Of a stretch of DNA of 64,000 bases, positions 24,951-38,232 are shown piece after piece. Position numbers and translations under genes: made by a program. The notes beneath the pieces were generated by a model. It ran no database searches, had not been told where the DNA came from, and saw only the letters and a list, made by a program, of their open reading frames with translations. The stretch spans positions 186,001-250,000 of the forward strand of contig KZ538002.1 in assembly GCA_000934665.2 (NCBI GenBank). Reading direction: 5' to 3'. Source of the stretch: Catajapyx aquilonaris. Its lineage: Eukaryota. How positions within the stretch are numbered: position 1 is the stretch's first letter; each line of letters starts with the position of its first letter.

Positions 24951-27611
24951 TTCTGGGTTCGTATTAAATATGACTTGTCCGGTGGTGCGGGTGCGGTTAG
25001 ATCAATTTGACCCGGAGAAGTCCTGCCACCCTGTGCCAGGCAGCATCCTTGGCGCCCATTATTTCCTCCAGAAATGACAGAGTCCCAACTCGATTAAGGG
25101 TCATAATTATCTTTCTAATCGGAGTGTTGGATAGTAATTAAGCTGCGACATAATAGCGTTACGCATGTTTCAGAGCCTTTTTGTAGCGCTGCTCCACTGG
25201 GACGAATGCGAGCGAGTCATATTATTTAATGCCGTTAATATTCCGAAATGCTTTTCCGGGTGCGGATATTCCCCCCTCCCCACCCTCCCTGCCCGCCATA
25301 CCCCCACATCATCCCACCACCCCCGCCCTCCTTTATATAGAACTCCCACAGAATCCCGTCGAGGCTTCCAGTCAGGAGTGATTAGGCCTACCCAACTAGT
25401 TTAGGCTGCAGCTCTTGGCCTGGGGGCTATTCGCTATGCTAATTTCATTTGACATAATTATAGCCCCCTGGATTATTGTGCAGAGATCTGGCACCCAGTG
25501 GATGCTGGAAACTTGCGAGTTGCAAAATGAATGAAGGCTCTGTATATACGCCTTGCCTCTGAAGGTCGACTTATTGTGGCCCTCCCAGAGTGTGACGCAA
25601 CAATTGGCGGGAATGAGTTGAATGCGCTTTGGCACCCTGCCCACCACTAAAGCTGCTTTTGACTGCTCATTGTCTATATGCTGCTGGGGATAATGTTATG
25701 TGGGAGATTTTTGGGGGATATAATACTACATGTGGGCATTTTCAATTCAACTTAAACTAATAGCCAAATGGCTATCAATTGTGGGGGCATCCGGCTAAAA
25801 ATCGCAATCACATAATAGCTGTTGCATTTTGGTAATAGATTGCGGCGCATTTTTGGTCCAGGCTATTCCTGAGAGTGGATTGATGCAGTATATTACATAT
25901 TACCTGCAGCAAGTGGCAACAAGTATTCAACACGACCTAAACGCGTCATCTTTTCTATAGTATCCTGTAAATATGCAACCACGATCATTTTACAAAACCG
26001 ATATTTATTTCCATGTACTTGTATTGTGCATAGTAATTATACGCGATTTTCCTAGCGTAGAAAAAAAAAAATCCAACAGCAAAAAGGCCACGAGAGAGAT
26101 CAGTGAAGTAGGAAAATGGTGGCTGGTGCAGCCATGTGTGATCACCAATGATTGACGGCAGGAAACGGAAGCTTTCCCCTCGAGAAAAAGATTGGCGAGT
26201 GTGTGTGTATGCCACATTAGATCAGCCCACTCGAGATATAAATCTTTAGCATCGCTAACCTTGAAGAGGGGAATTAATGCTTTAAAGCCTGTAATTGTCA
26301 GCATGTTTTTCCACGCCACTATTTAAGCTGGGGGAGTCAGGCAGCGTATATACATGCTTATCACACTATGAAATCAAATTTGGAAAAATAATATTAATAA
26401 TAAGTCGATTAAAAATTATGCACCCTACCACCTCGTAATACCCTGGAGAAATGTACAGATGCCAGGCATGATTTTTTTTTCGTCCAACGGGTATGGCGCA
26501 TTTCGGGTTCATTTGCGTATATGGAAACTCTTACGGTACTTGAAAATCCCATAAATCCCGCGCAGTCTTTTCCTGGGCCGACTATATGTTAGAACTCACG
26601 TGGGCTAGCAAGTCATGTATCGCCATATGTAATTATTCTCGGGCTCAGAATAAACCAGGAATTGAGCCAAGTTTGGGCATACGAAAATTAATCTCCGCAG
26701 ACTTGTTCTGAAGTAAGATCGATCCCAACATGATGACATAGGTTGCCTTTTTCTAGACCTGTGGCCTGCCCAGTAGCTCATATCCAATCAGGTTTCCACA
26801 TGCCTTGAGATATATAGATAGACCCAACCCTCCCACTAGGGAAGGGTGGGGGGAGTGGGGGCAGGAGGGGGGTTAGTACTCCAAATGTGATAGATGGCCG
26901 TGCCGAGTTGGCTGTCAAAGGATGATTTATGTTTGGAATGGTTCATTCTTTAACCCAGTTTTGGTGGAGCATGTTAAAACACTTTGGCGCACAGAAATGT
27001 ATGCGGTTTTTTTATTCCATTTTTTGGGTGGGAGGGTTGGAGGGTTCTTGTTCTTCCGGAGATTTCTTCCCTCGGATGCACTTCCGGAGTGGAGTGGCGG
27101 AGGATGCCAGATCCATTGCAGGCTCATCATCAAGGCCCGGGGAGATTAGCCCCAGCTGCCGGGGCCTAAATACAATGGGGCAGGCAGAAATTTGAGGATT
27201 TTCGCAGCACAAGGCATGAGGGAGTAGAGAGGGGGAAAGCGGGGGGGACTGGGGGGAGGGGGGTTTCTAGCACATCAATCTTCTATAGAGGAGCCTGATG
27301 TCACCGACTGTCTTTTTACATCTTCGGCCGGTTTATCGCCCGCCCACACAAAGCAATTTTAATTTATGTCTCTACCCCCCACCCCCCCAACCCCGACAAT
27401 GATTCAAGTTGGTGGCCCGGAGAAAAAGAGGGAATTTCTATAAAATCATATTCGACCGTCATTAATCACCGGCAGTGACAGGAAATTTGTATGAGGCCAA
27501 TATTGCACATGCCAAAGTCTATTTGATTAATATGCGATTGCAAATAACAACCCATTTGCCAAAGCCGAGATTAAAATTTAATGGTCTCCCAACATCCGAT
27601 TTCGATCAGTC

Positions 27612-27683
27612 GGGGGGGGGGGGGGGGGGGNGGGGGGGGGGCTGTGTGTGTGTGTGGGTGTGTGTATGTGTGTTTTTTTTTTT
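27612..27683. repeat. poly-G, (TG)n and poly-T low-complexity tract
   Basis: Direct reading; contains one N. Confidence 0.9.
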
Positions 27684-30600
27684 GTAAACCACCACATCAC
27701 CACCCCTTCTTCGCTGGAGGTGGTTGACAGCTAGCGCCGCTCTGGGCCCTGGTGACAACTGGTGCGACTTGAGTCATTTCCCACTTGGACGTCCCGCCAC
27801 TCACAATACAAAGACAGAAAATCCTGGCTGGCTGGCTCATTATTAGGACTTAATGGACAATACCCCCCAGTGGTGTCACTGTGTCAAACTAATAATCTGG
27901 TGGGAGTGAGCTCGTGTGACGGAGCGTGACATGGCCAAATTGGGATGGGATGCTGGATGATCCAATAAGAAGTGAAATCAAGCAATCAGTCGTTCGACAC
28001 ATCCGTGATCATCATTTCATCTATGACTACAATTTCCTGCTGACCTTCGGTCGATCACGATATTCCGCCTCCATCCTGTCTTCCTCGTCCATCATTTTCT
28101 GCAATAAAACCTTTCTTCTATGCGCATTAGTCCGACTAAATAGTTCCGAAATGGCTGGAACATCCTGTATGATAATGGCCTTCCTGCTGCATGGACCCAT
28201 GTGGTGACAAGTGTCGATGCAAAAGTGGAGACGTGACAAATATGGTCGGGTGTAAAGGTCGCCGATATTCAAAATGTGACTCACCTGATTAATACCATGA
28301 TTGACACAATGTGTTTGTTTCCTTTCAACAATCGATCCCTGTCTTGGTCATTTACAGCCGGTTGCGGGTTTATCCTTGTTATAAATTGGCTCATTGGTTG
28401 GAACAGTTTATGACAAGGATAAACCCGCCGTTTGTCATATACCGACCCTTATACGTGGGATTAATCGCGGGTACTCCCCTTGGAAGTCAGCAAGAGGACA
28501 AATTGCATGGTGACTTTTGTCGATTTGGGACTTTTTGGCATTTGATTTGAGTCTTTGGAAGGTGGCCTCATTTTGGCTTAGTTGATCTATACCCTGGCAT
28601 TTATAAACCTATAGGTTGTAATAATAGAGCAGAGTTTACTCTCTCTCTAGCGCAGATTAGTGAAGATACACCGAGGCTCGAGATGGAGAAGGCGAGCTAA
28701 ACAACGTGTCTTTGGGCTCACTTAACAGCCAAATTATCTCGGGAGGCTTACACTTAGAAGGCATAAGTCTTGGGCAATAAATTTCCCTCTCTAAGTGGCA
28801 TTAAATCCAGGCGTGCAAAGTCTTTAAGTCAGGAGGCAAAGTGGAGGGCTCTCTCAAGCATGGCGAAATATGTGCGGATTCCTCAACTTTGTTGGATACT
28901 TTTTAACTTCTTTTTTTCGCATAGAGACTCCAAGTATGGCGCATTGGTCTGACTTTTTTTCCCCGAGAAATAAAGATATGAATTTTGAAGCCCGCACTTG
29001 CGATGGTATGCTAAGTCTTGTCAATTGTACAGGAAAATGTTAAATGTACATATCTTTGTTTTAAAAAAATTAAGTAATATTAACAATACTTAATTTAAAC
29101 CCTAAATTTGTGAGCGGCAAAAAATTATATTTTGCACTCGACCATTGCAAGCACATAGGATTTAGAACAAATAGATCAGTTTATTACAGCGGCAAGATGT
29201 TACAATAGGCCCTTGTAACTGACCAGAAAATAATTAGCCAGTGCCGTTTGGTATGCGATGTGAAAGGATATTGTTCGTCCAATGAAAGTGCGACTGCGGA
29301 GGCGATACGTTTCGCCAGCTAAAATGGCATTGTTATAGACGCAGGTTGTTGGTTGTGTGGATGAATAATGTGAATTAGTACCGAATTGGTCGGAGATTTT
29401 CCCCAGTTCTCTTCTGAATTACTGAAGCAAAGTCCTTAGATTGTTGGAAAATGCCGGTGACCTTTTGTGTGGCAGCCTGTTTTGTCTCTTTGTTATGGGA
29501 GTGCCTCTCTGATAAAGCCTACATGTTACGCTTTCATTATTCAGCGAAATTAATAACTGAAAATGTAAAATTGTGCCTCTAGGACTGGATAATGGCAGGC
29601 TTACTGTAAGTGCAGAGAAGCAAAATATTACGTACCGTTATAAAGCTAATTTATGCCAGCAGCCGCTATTAAAAATTAATCTCCGGTTAATTTGAATGCG
29701 TTCTATCTTCTCCTTGGAACACCACCCTGTATATAGATCTCGACAATGGTTGGGGAGGGGATGGGGACAACACTAGGAGTCTATAAAGGCGATGCTTTGG
29801 CCCAAGTATCACTTTGGGAATGACCAAAGTGTAAGGAAAGCTCGGGGAGGCAGGGGGGAACGGTAAACAATTAACACGCGGCCACCTTTGTTTCCTCAAT
29901 CTAAACCGCTTAGGAGGCTCAAGGAGATAACACGGAGCTAAACAAGAGAGCTTGCTATCCATCAGCCCTTCTACACTCGCTACCGGGTGCCACGAAATTC
30001 GCACAACTTTTATATTCTCAAGTGCAACGCTGTATGTGGGCAGAAACTCATTTGTTCATTTCTGATGACAAGTATTATTGTACTCATAATTGTCACATAA
30101 ACTGGCATTTTGCAATCACTAAAGGGTAGAATCAAGAAACTTGCTATCTTTTGTGAAATGCCATTATGTTGAAGTGTATATGACGATGTAGGCAGGCTGA
30201 CTCCCCTCTGAATATTCTGAGTTGAGGAGCACCCGGTATATATATGCCCAGGAGGAAAGGCCGTCTCGGGCAATTTCCCGCCTGACATTTGTGCCATGAA
30301 TCCAGACCAAACTTCCCATAGATCTTTTCGGCGGGAAACTGGCCTCGGCTCATCTATCCTAGGAGTTTGAGCTGGATTAGCGAGTATTTGCCCAACTATT
30401 GACAAAACAGGGTTGAAACTTTTGGACATGACATGTGCCCCGCCACTGCCAACCGTGTAATCTTTCGTAATTGAAAGGACGGGGCTTTGTTGGTCAGGAA
30501 GATCCTTTGCCCTGCCTCCCTCCCCCACTCCCTCCCTAGAACACCAATTTCCATGAGAACCAACAAAACCGGAGATAAGTTTACCTTTCCTAAGGAAACT

Positions 30601-30963
30601 ATAGTCGTGCTAAGCTCCCCAACTGCCATGGTCTGTGCGTGTTGACTAAAGACGTGTTCTTAGGTGAGGAACCGGGATCGGGATCAAATGGGACAGGCCT
30701 CCATTGTTTTGAATGCTTGACAAGCTCCATATTTTTGGGACTGAGAAATGAAGGGATTACGGACACTGTATAGTTCCAGCAGGACACATCGTGGTAAGCT
30801 GTACAGGCGACCAACATAGATTAAAGGCCTCAGATGCATTTTATCAGAAATTAGATATTCACTTATTTTTGTCACGTCAGAGAACATGTCATTTCGACGT
30901 ATTATTACACACGAACCAAAACGTTGTTATGCACTGCTACAGGAAAAATACGGTACCGTATTT

Positions 30964-31304
30964 TTTACGTTACCCCGTGATAGGGCCATAGGCCCTTATA
31001 GGGGAGTGGAATACCACCATTTTTCCTGCAATTTTCTACATTTTTCTTCTAACTCCGGTGCAAGGATGAAAGGAAATGGGGGTAAGGATAGGGATTTTTG
31101 GGGAGGGAACATTGGTGCAAGTGCAATGTCGGTAAAGGGGTCATGTGCTGTTCCGCAGGAGGTTAGGTTGCCAGACACCTCCTTGGTGCAGGTCAGAGAC
31201 CCTCCTGACGCAGGTGAAAGGAAGGTTCCCCCAGGCGGGGATCGAACCTGGGGCCTTTCACTCAGCAAGCCGAGACGTTACCATCTCGGCCACCACACCT
31301 CCCC
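30964..31304 (-). mobile_element. tRNA-derived SINE, family B, copy 2
   Basis: Reverse complement of the 24586 element; flanked by a perfect 15-bp TSD TACGGTACCGTATTT (30949-30963 and 31305-31319). Confidence 0.92.
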
Positions 31305-32092
31305 TACGGTACCGTATTTGAGATACGTGTATCTCAAATTAGACTATAGTTCTGTATTTCTCTTATACGTGTATATTAGTTATGTTTAAATTATTAGTCT
31401 ACATTGTGATATAATAAAACGATCAACGTCTGTATAATTTTACCTAATCTGTTCAGCTGATGACGTCCAACCACAGGGAAATGCAGGGGGAAATAACTAA
31501 TCCGTGAACTGCATTCTCCGACCAATTAATAATTCATAAATCCAAATTAATTTTTCCCTATTTACATTTTTGTACAATGCTCAGAAACAAGATTTAATTG
31601 ATTTAAACATATTTCTTATGAAAATCTCAAAAAATTAATCAATATCGATAAAGAAGTATTTTATCAATATATTAAACCAAGAAACGTAAAGTGTCTTATA
31701 AAATATCAGTGTGCCCCATATGTGCTTCCGTACGACAGAAAATATGGGAATGTTATTCAATGTCACAATGTGTCTTTGCCACATTATCAGGCATGCATCA
31801 CCCTTCCGTTAAATTCTTTTTATAAAGAGGATAATGCAAAATGTAGCTCACATCCGTATCAATGGAAATGTCGCGGACACTACGGCGTGAAGTTGGTATA
31901 CTCTTGTGCCCCATCCTACCTCCTGTTCTTTTGACGAGCGAAAAGAACAGCCCCCCTCCCCCTCCCCACGGAACTCCCCTCTCTCCCTCATCCCTCGATT
32001 CCCAACCCCACTCATGTGCGTAGGCGACATTTTCGCCGATGCGAACGTGAGCTAAATTCTGAAACACACGGTATACGGCACGGGACTGAGGC

Positions 32093-32228
32093 GAGGGTTG
32101 CCCACTCCTCCTAAGTGTAGACCTATATCTGATTACGATTACGCGTAATTATACGTAATCATTTTCCATAATAAAGATTGTAGCCTACTTGGGATTACAT
32201 ATCTGATTACGCCAGTGGCCAACCCCTC
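32093..32228. mobile_element. Degenerate hAT-like MITE
   Basis: Ends GAGGGTTGCCCACT / AGTGGCCAACCCCTC; internal GATTAC repeats; no clear TSD. Confidence 0.5.
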
Positions 32229-35200
32229 TCATGGGCCACTACTGCGTGAATGTGTTACTGAAAAGACAATCATGTTAAGACTGCCATTGAAATGATCATA
32301 ATGACTGGTGTACAAGTACTTGCATACTAGTAGGGGAATCATACATGTCGGAATTACTGCAACATGTTGTTTTTGGCAAGCAGGATTTTTATACATAACT
32401 TATGCTGATTTTTTTGCATGTATAGAAGTGCATCCCAAATATCAAATGGGCTGTAAAAGCATCAACGTGAAGGCCGTAAAATAAGTACCCTAATTCCCCT
32501 AAGTGTGGCTCTTATTCCCCGTACTGCACATACTGGGATAAGAAAATGTGCAGGCCTAATTTACTTTTGCTTCTAAGATTTTGAAATGACGTATTTGTAA
32601 ATTAAAATATATAGTCTACCCTAAAATTGCAAAATTTTGATTTTGCAAACTACAAAACTGGCATCTGACACCATTGGTCGACAAGAATGCCCCCTATAGC
32701 CTATACACATGAGTATTGACTGTCTTCAGAGCCATTTCTTCCCAGGTGATATGTGTTACTTAAAATTCATATTAAAATATTAAACTACTATTAACTATTA
32801 ATAATATTAATCCTCTATGTCACAGGCCTGACATCTATCAGAACCGAGCAAAATTATTTTTATAACATCCCAAGCCCTCTAGAGCGCGCTAGTTATCACC
32901 ATAGTGAATAGGATCGCAAGCAAAAACTTTTGCAACCTAGGTAGAGGGTAATAATTTATTAGCAATGCTCTTTAATAGTTAATGTATATTTTTTGGCATT
33001 TGCTATTCGAACATGCCAAAATTGCATAGGCCTAGTAATGGTCTGCGTGCACGTTATGAATAACTAATTTCAGAAGAAATGGTGGCTTTTGTGATCATAC
33101 ACCATGCGGCAGTAATCCCTTCCAAACAAAAAGGTAGGATTTATGAGATTGGCATGCATATGGATAACAATAATTTCCACTTCGAATGCTTTTCCAAATC
33201 CGTGCATGACAACAAACTGTCCATTTATTTGGAGCGCACCATTACGGTAAATCAGACCAACAATGAACATGTCAAGAAGGAAGCCAAAAATTCTGTCATT
33301 GATTGCAGGTATATAGGCGGGTGGGGTGAAACGGAGCATATTTTAATACATGAAATCCAAGTTGCTTGCAGGTCTTGTCCTCGGCAGCATTTCCTTCTTT
33401 TGTCTTCTTTTGTACAGAAACGACAACAATTCAAATCCGAAGACGCCGTCTAGTGTAGCTTTTGTGCTAAGAAAAGCCGATCCTCCTTATTCTTAGGGCA
33501 ACTCCATACCTCCTGACTTCTGTTACACACAAAAAACTGGGCCTCGAAAGGGGAAATTCTATTGTTACCTGCAACCAGGAGTATTAAAATACCAATATCC
33601 TTGCAAAAGCTCTCTGTCGCAAGGGCTACTCTCAACATGCCAACTGTCATTGTCATGAACAATTCATGGGAAGCATCAAGTATCGAATGACAACCCACGA
33701 ACAAAACCACAACAAGCTTATGCATATTTTGGTTCCATATAATAGCCTGGAGATTTTCCCACGAAAAGGGGATAAATATCCCCCTTTTCCCTCCCAGTTA
33801 CGTCATTAACATTACTCGGAAAGAATATTCTTGTATAGGTATAGGTTTTTTTTTGGCATAAATCGACAGGCTGCATAGAATACATGGTATTGACACATGT
33901 CACCAGATGAGTGAAATGTGACACTAGTTCCAGTCAGTCGCCTTGAGTAGATCGCCTTGGGCCCGTTGCTCAACCCAAGAAGCCTGCTAATTAATCGCAA
34001 AATGACGCATATTCAATACGAGCAGGGCTGAAGTCTGGGAGCTCAATATGACTCAACCAGCAGGTATGTGTCAACCAACTAGGACTCTCATGACCTTTGG
34101 TTCTGTGACTAACAGTCGTATAGTCTCGTGTTTGATCAGTAACTGCGACACCAGCAGGTCAACGGATCTCTGGGAGGCTGGCCAAGTCTGCAAAATCGGT
34201 ATTGACTCAGTGCTCATAATTCGGTTTCATCAATGACAATGGGGGTTGATATTAACATTAATTGCAACATGTATAGAATTGCAGATTACAAGTCTGTTAA
34301 TTATGCATATATGGATTTCATTGCCTGCTGCCCCCTCCCGGCTGGTTTGGGGAGCAAGATGCCTTCCACATAAAAGGGGATGCCATCATGGCCTATATGG
34401 CCTATAGAGCTGACCATCACCCGTGCTAATTGATATAGATGCTGAATTCCAATAACGGATACTTCAACCCAGAATCTATTTTGACGGCGAGTAGCTAAAC
34501 AATGACGCACCATATCATTACACGGTGCTTAATGTATAAATGTTTACCATCCTCACAAAGTGTGGAGAGGTGTAAGGCCCCCCCCCCCCCATATTCAGCC
34601 CCCCTGCACATATACACCCTAGGTATACAATACACACGATACTCCAGACACTTTTTTGTAGACCCGGCACAAAGCGGATTTGTTTCGCTGCCTGTGACAC
34701 GTTGTGTGTATCTCAGCTCTCATAAACGGAAAAGTTGCATTGCTTGTAAGAAATCAGATGCTTCTGAAAAATATGAGCTTGTTTGGAAACTCACGCAGTG
34801 TCAGTTGGAAATAATTACCCTCCGAGCCCCCCCACAGAATAGGGAGTAAATTCCAGGATACGCCTGAAGCATGTTATTATTAGCGATGATTTGGGAGTGT
34901 TTCGTGCAAGCAACATTTGACCTATTGCTTCTAACAATGCGGCAGAGGGGGGCTTGTGTCGTATTAATATTATGCCTGTTTTTTTTGTGGGGGGGGGGGG
35001 GCCCTCTACGGAATCCTGCTCTGAGTCTGAAGGGATTAAATTATTGCGTCTGCGAGAAAGGTGAGGAAAAAAGACCTTTCATGTTTGCTCCTTATTCATG
35101 CAGTAGTTCCATTTTTCAAGATCGGTACCAGTCTTCTTGTGCGTCTTCTAGTAGAATATTACGTTCATGCAAGCCGGCTGTGTACTTAGGAAAAGTGTGT

Positions 35201-37007
35201 TTTTTTTTCTTGGCCCTTTGCCAATGTCTAATTAGTGTCAGATTGAATTACATTTTTTGTGGGAGTAGCGTTTTACTGACGTATTCATTGCTGATAGCCG
35301 TTTATCAAATTTTCTACGACTGTTAAGTCTGTAAAAAATGTGCATTGACCTATATTATAGTTACTGCAGTATTACGAGGCCCACGCTTTAATTGCGAACT
35401 ATTCACCACGCTATACTCTACTTACACGACCAGACTATCAGGCCACTTATCGCTAATAACACGTGAGTCATATACTGTAGAGTCAGGTGAGGCGAGGGTG
35501 TATAGGCTACGCCTTTACCTTATATACTGTATCCACTACTGCGTGATTATTTTTTTGCACATTATCTCGCGCTATATTTTTGTAGCATTTACATGCATAA
35601 TCGTAACTCTGAAACCTCCTAAGATACGGATCTATGCAAAATAAATAAGTTTCCGACTTGCTACAATGTAAATGAAATCCGCAGGGGCCCGCATAACGGC
35701 GCATTTCTGTTGTCGAAGGTGTATACTTTATTGTATTATGCATGCGAGACAATGTTGTCTTGTCTGCACATGCCATATATGACACTGTATCTTTTGTCTT
35801 ATAATTTAAATTATTATTTTACGGTGCACTCTGTAGAAATTAGCATATTATAAACTATAAACAACGACACTTATTGCGTTATTGCACAAAGAGAATATTT
35901 ATTTCAAAGCCAGAATTTTGCTGAAATATTACACGATTATTCATCAACTTACATATTTGATACGCGCTTCTTTCGACACATCCTGTTACTTTACAATGCA
36001 TAAGACAGCCCATTATTGTGTCCACCGCATACACACATATATATACCCCACAAGTCGAAAATATCATTTAGGATAGTTTGGAGAAGTTCTTTTGCCAACA
36101 ACAAATGTGAAAACAACCTCCCCGACACAATTCAGCAGTGTTACATAACATCCATTATCGCGCCTGGCAACTCAGCAGCCGTGGGTCCGATGACATCCAT
36201 ATGACGCAAAAGTCCGCATTGACGGCTGACTCCAGTGCAAATTTTACGACGCTGTTTTGGGCATCCGTAAATATAATCAGATATTTTCTTCAAATATGAA
36301 CTGCACAACAAACCCATAAAGTGTAGGCTACATGCCGAGTATGTCGCTTATCACTCAAATATGACAACACTACAACAGGCTCGGAATCCGTGGTAGGCAC
36401 ATAATACAGATTAGCAGGAGGAACAATACAGGTCCGAAGTGAGGAGACAAGCAGTCGGAGGAAGTAGAGCAGACTGAGTGTTACTTACGGTCAGCGAGAG
36501 TCGTTTAGGCAAGCATAGTACGAGTCCGGCTTTATTGTGGCACCGTTAGCCAAACGCGGGTTGGGTTGGGTCGAAACCCGCGGGTTGTGGGTTTAGTTCA
36601 GGGCGGGCTCCATAGATGGCCGTGAAATGAGCCCGGGCTAGTTAATCAGTCGCGTTGCGGAAGACCAGCACGTGTAGCTACGGTGTTTCCCATGGCTCCT
36701 TTACGGGGGGGCCCAACCCGTACCCCACCCAGCCCGACGTGTATCTGAGCGGGAGGGAGGGGGTGGCACTCCCCGCCCCTTTTGCCCACCCGCACCGCCA
36801 CCCCCTGATCCGAAAGGGATCCGGCTCCGTTGTTGGTACCACTGCCAAAAGAAAAATGAAGAGTGCCAATTGGACCAGCCCACAGGTCATCCAGCCGTAA
36901 CTTTTCCGACCAATCCTGAGTCGGGGAGCAGCCGGCACGAAACTGCGAACCAATGACGACTTGGCTGCGCATGTGGATAATAGGCTCGTAGAGAAAGAGG
37001 GGAGGAT

Positions 37008-37063
37008 GGGTGGGTAGGTAGGTAGGTAGGGAGGTAGGTAGGTAGGTAGGTAGGTAGGGTAGG
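37008..37063. repeat. (GGTA)n tetranucleotide repeat upstream of dac
   Basis: Direct reading. Confidence 0.92.
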
Positions 37064-37263
37064 AGTCCCAACCCCCCCTTGTCCCCCACCCAGCTCAGCC
37101 AGAGAGTTTGATGCCAGCCTTTTTTATTTATTACTTTTGTGAAAATAGTTCCGGTTGTAATTTGATACACGATTAGGACTGCACGGGCCCGTCTTTTGTA
37201 TTGACCCCGAGCCATCGGGCGGGAGTGGTTGCTGGTTTTTGGCTGTGCCTTTCCCCACACTTG

Positions 37264-37316
37264 CTGCCAGCCAGCCATCCAGCCAGCCTGCCAGCCTGCC
37301 TGCCAGCCAGCCCAGC
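37264..37316. repeat. (GCCA/GCCT)n repeat upstream of dac ATG
   Basis: Direct reading. Confidence 0.85.
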
Positions 37317-37549
37317 GCCTGACTACCCCTCCTCCTCTCTCTCTCCTCCCCTTACCAACCTAGCAGACCCATCGGGCGGACTAACCCTCGCTCACTGTTA
37401 GTTAGTGTGTCTGAAGAGGCGGCGACTAGGCCCACGTGAGCCCAGCGCCGGTATTCCCAGCTTTCACCACGGACTTGGCCAGCGGAAGGCCGGGCTGGGC
37501 TGCCCTGCCGGCCTGGACCTACGTCCTGAGTGAGCACCAGAGACGGGCC

Positions 37550-38232
37550 ATGAGCATGGACTCGGTCATGGACACCAGTAGCGGCGGGGAAGGAGGCTCT
37601 CCGCCTCCGCCACCGCCTCCTCCGCCTCCGCCGCCTCCGCCCCCCAAGACATCCTCCTCGCCCGCGGGTCCGCCCCAGGTCCCATCAGCCCCCACAGGGG
37701 TCAGCCCGCCTCTGTCATTGACGCTGCACACTGCCAGTCCTTCTTCGGCATCCCCCAGCCCACCGGCTCCTCCGATGTCGACAGCCTCTGGATTGCCGAC
37801 AGCCATCCCGACCCGACCCATGATGCTGGGCCTGGGGCTTGGCGTGCACCAACCAGACCTTCCTCCGGGTCATCCCCATCACCTGGAGCGGTCATCATAC
37901 GCCAGTCCCCCGCCCATACCCACCACAGACCCGACTGCCAACGAGTGCAAGTTGGTGGACTATCGTGGTCAGAAAGTGGCCGCCTTCATCATCAGCGGTG
38001 AGACCATGCTTTGCCTGCCTCAGGCCTTCGAGCTCTTCCTCAAGCACCTGGTTGGCGGCCTGCACACCGTCTACACCAAGCTGAAGAGACTGGACATTGT
38101 GCCACTGGTGTGCAACGTCGAGCAGGTCCGCATCCTCCGTGGTCTGGGCGCCATCCAGCCAGGGGTCAACCGATGCAAGCTGCTCTCCTGCAAGGACTTT
38201 GACGTCCTCTACAAGGATTGCACCACCGCCAG
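37550..38232 (+). CDS. dac: dachshund, first coding exon (partial CDS; Ski/Sno/Dac DD1 domain from about 37928 to the exon end)
   Basis: Translation MSMDSVMDTSS...DPTANECKLVDYRGQKVAAFIISGETMLCLPQAFELFLKHLVGGLHTVYTKLKRLDIVPLVCNVEQVRILRGLGAIQPGVNRCKLLSCKDFDVLYKDCTTAR is the characteristic DACHbox-N. First in-frame ATG at 37550; alternative ATG at 37556 gives MDSV. The exon ends at a canonical donor AG|GTAGG (phase 2). GC3-rich codon usage. Confidence 0.97.

Larger units (their letters stand above)
36860..37549 (+). promoter_or_regulatory. Putative dac proximal promoter / 5' UTR
   Basis: CCAAT boxes at 36866, 36910 and 36950; Inr-like TTAGTTAGT near 37398-37406; GC-rich sequence directly upstream of the ATG. 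The TSS cannot be determined from sequence alone. Confidence 0.45.

Noticed and set aside
24312..31389. Near-identical ORF peptides (FWGGNIGASAMSVKGSCAVPQEVRLPDT) at 24312-24869 and 30886-31389
   Set aside because: Antisense translations of two SINE-B copies, not proteins.
33230..33725. - strand Cys/Lys-rich reading (KRRKCC...CIKIC) vaguely like a piggyBac transposase C-terminus
   Set aside because: No recognisable catalytic motifs or TTAA/TIR ends; needs a translated HMM search.
37436..37549. GTG-initiated N-terminal extension of the dac ORF given in the ORF track
   Set aside because: Artefact of alternative-start ORF calling. The first ATG is at 37550, and MDSV at 37556 fits insect Dac starts as I recall them.
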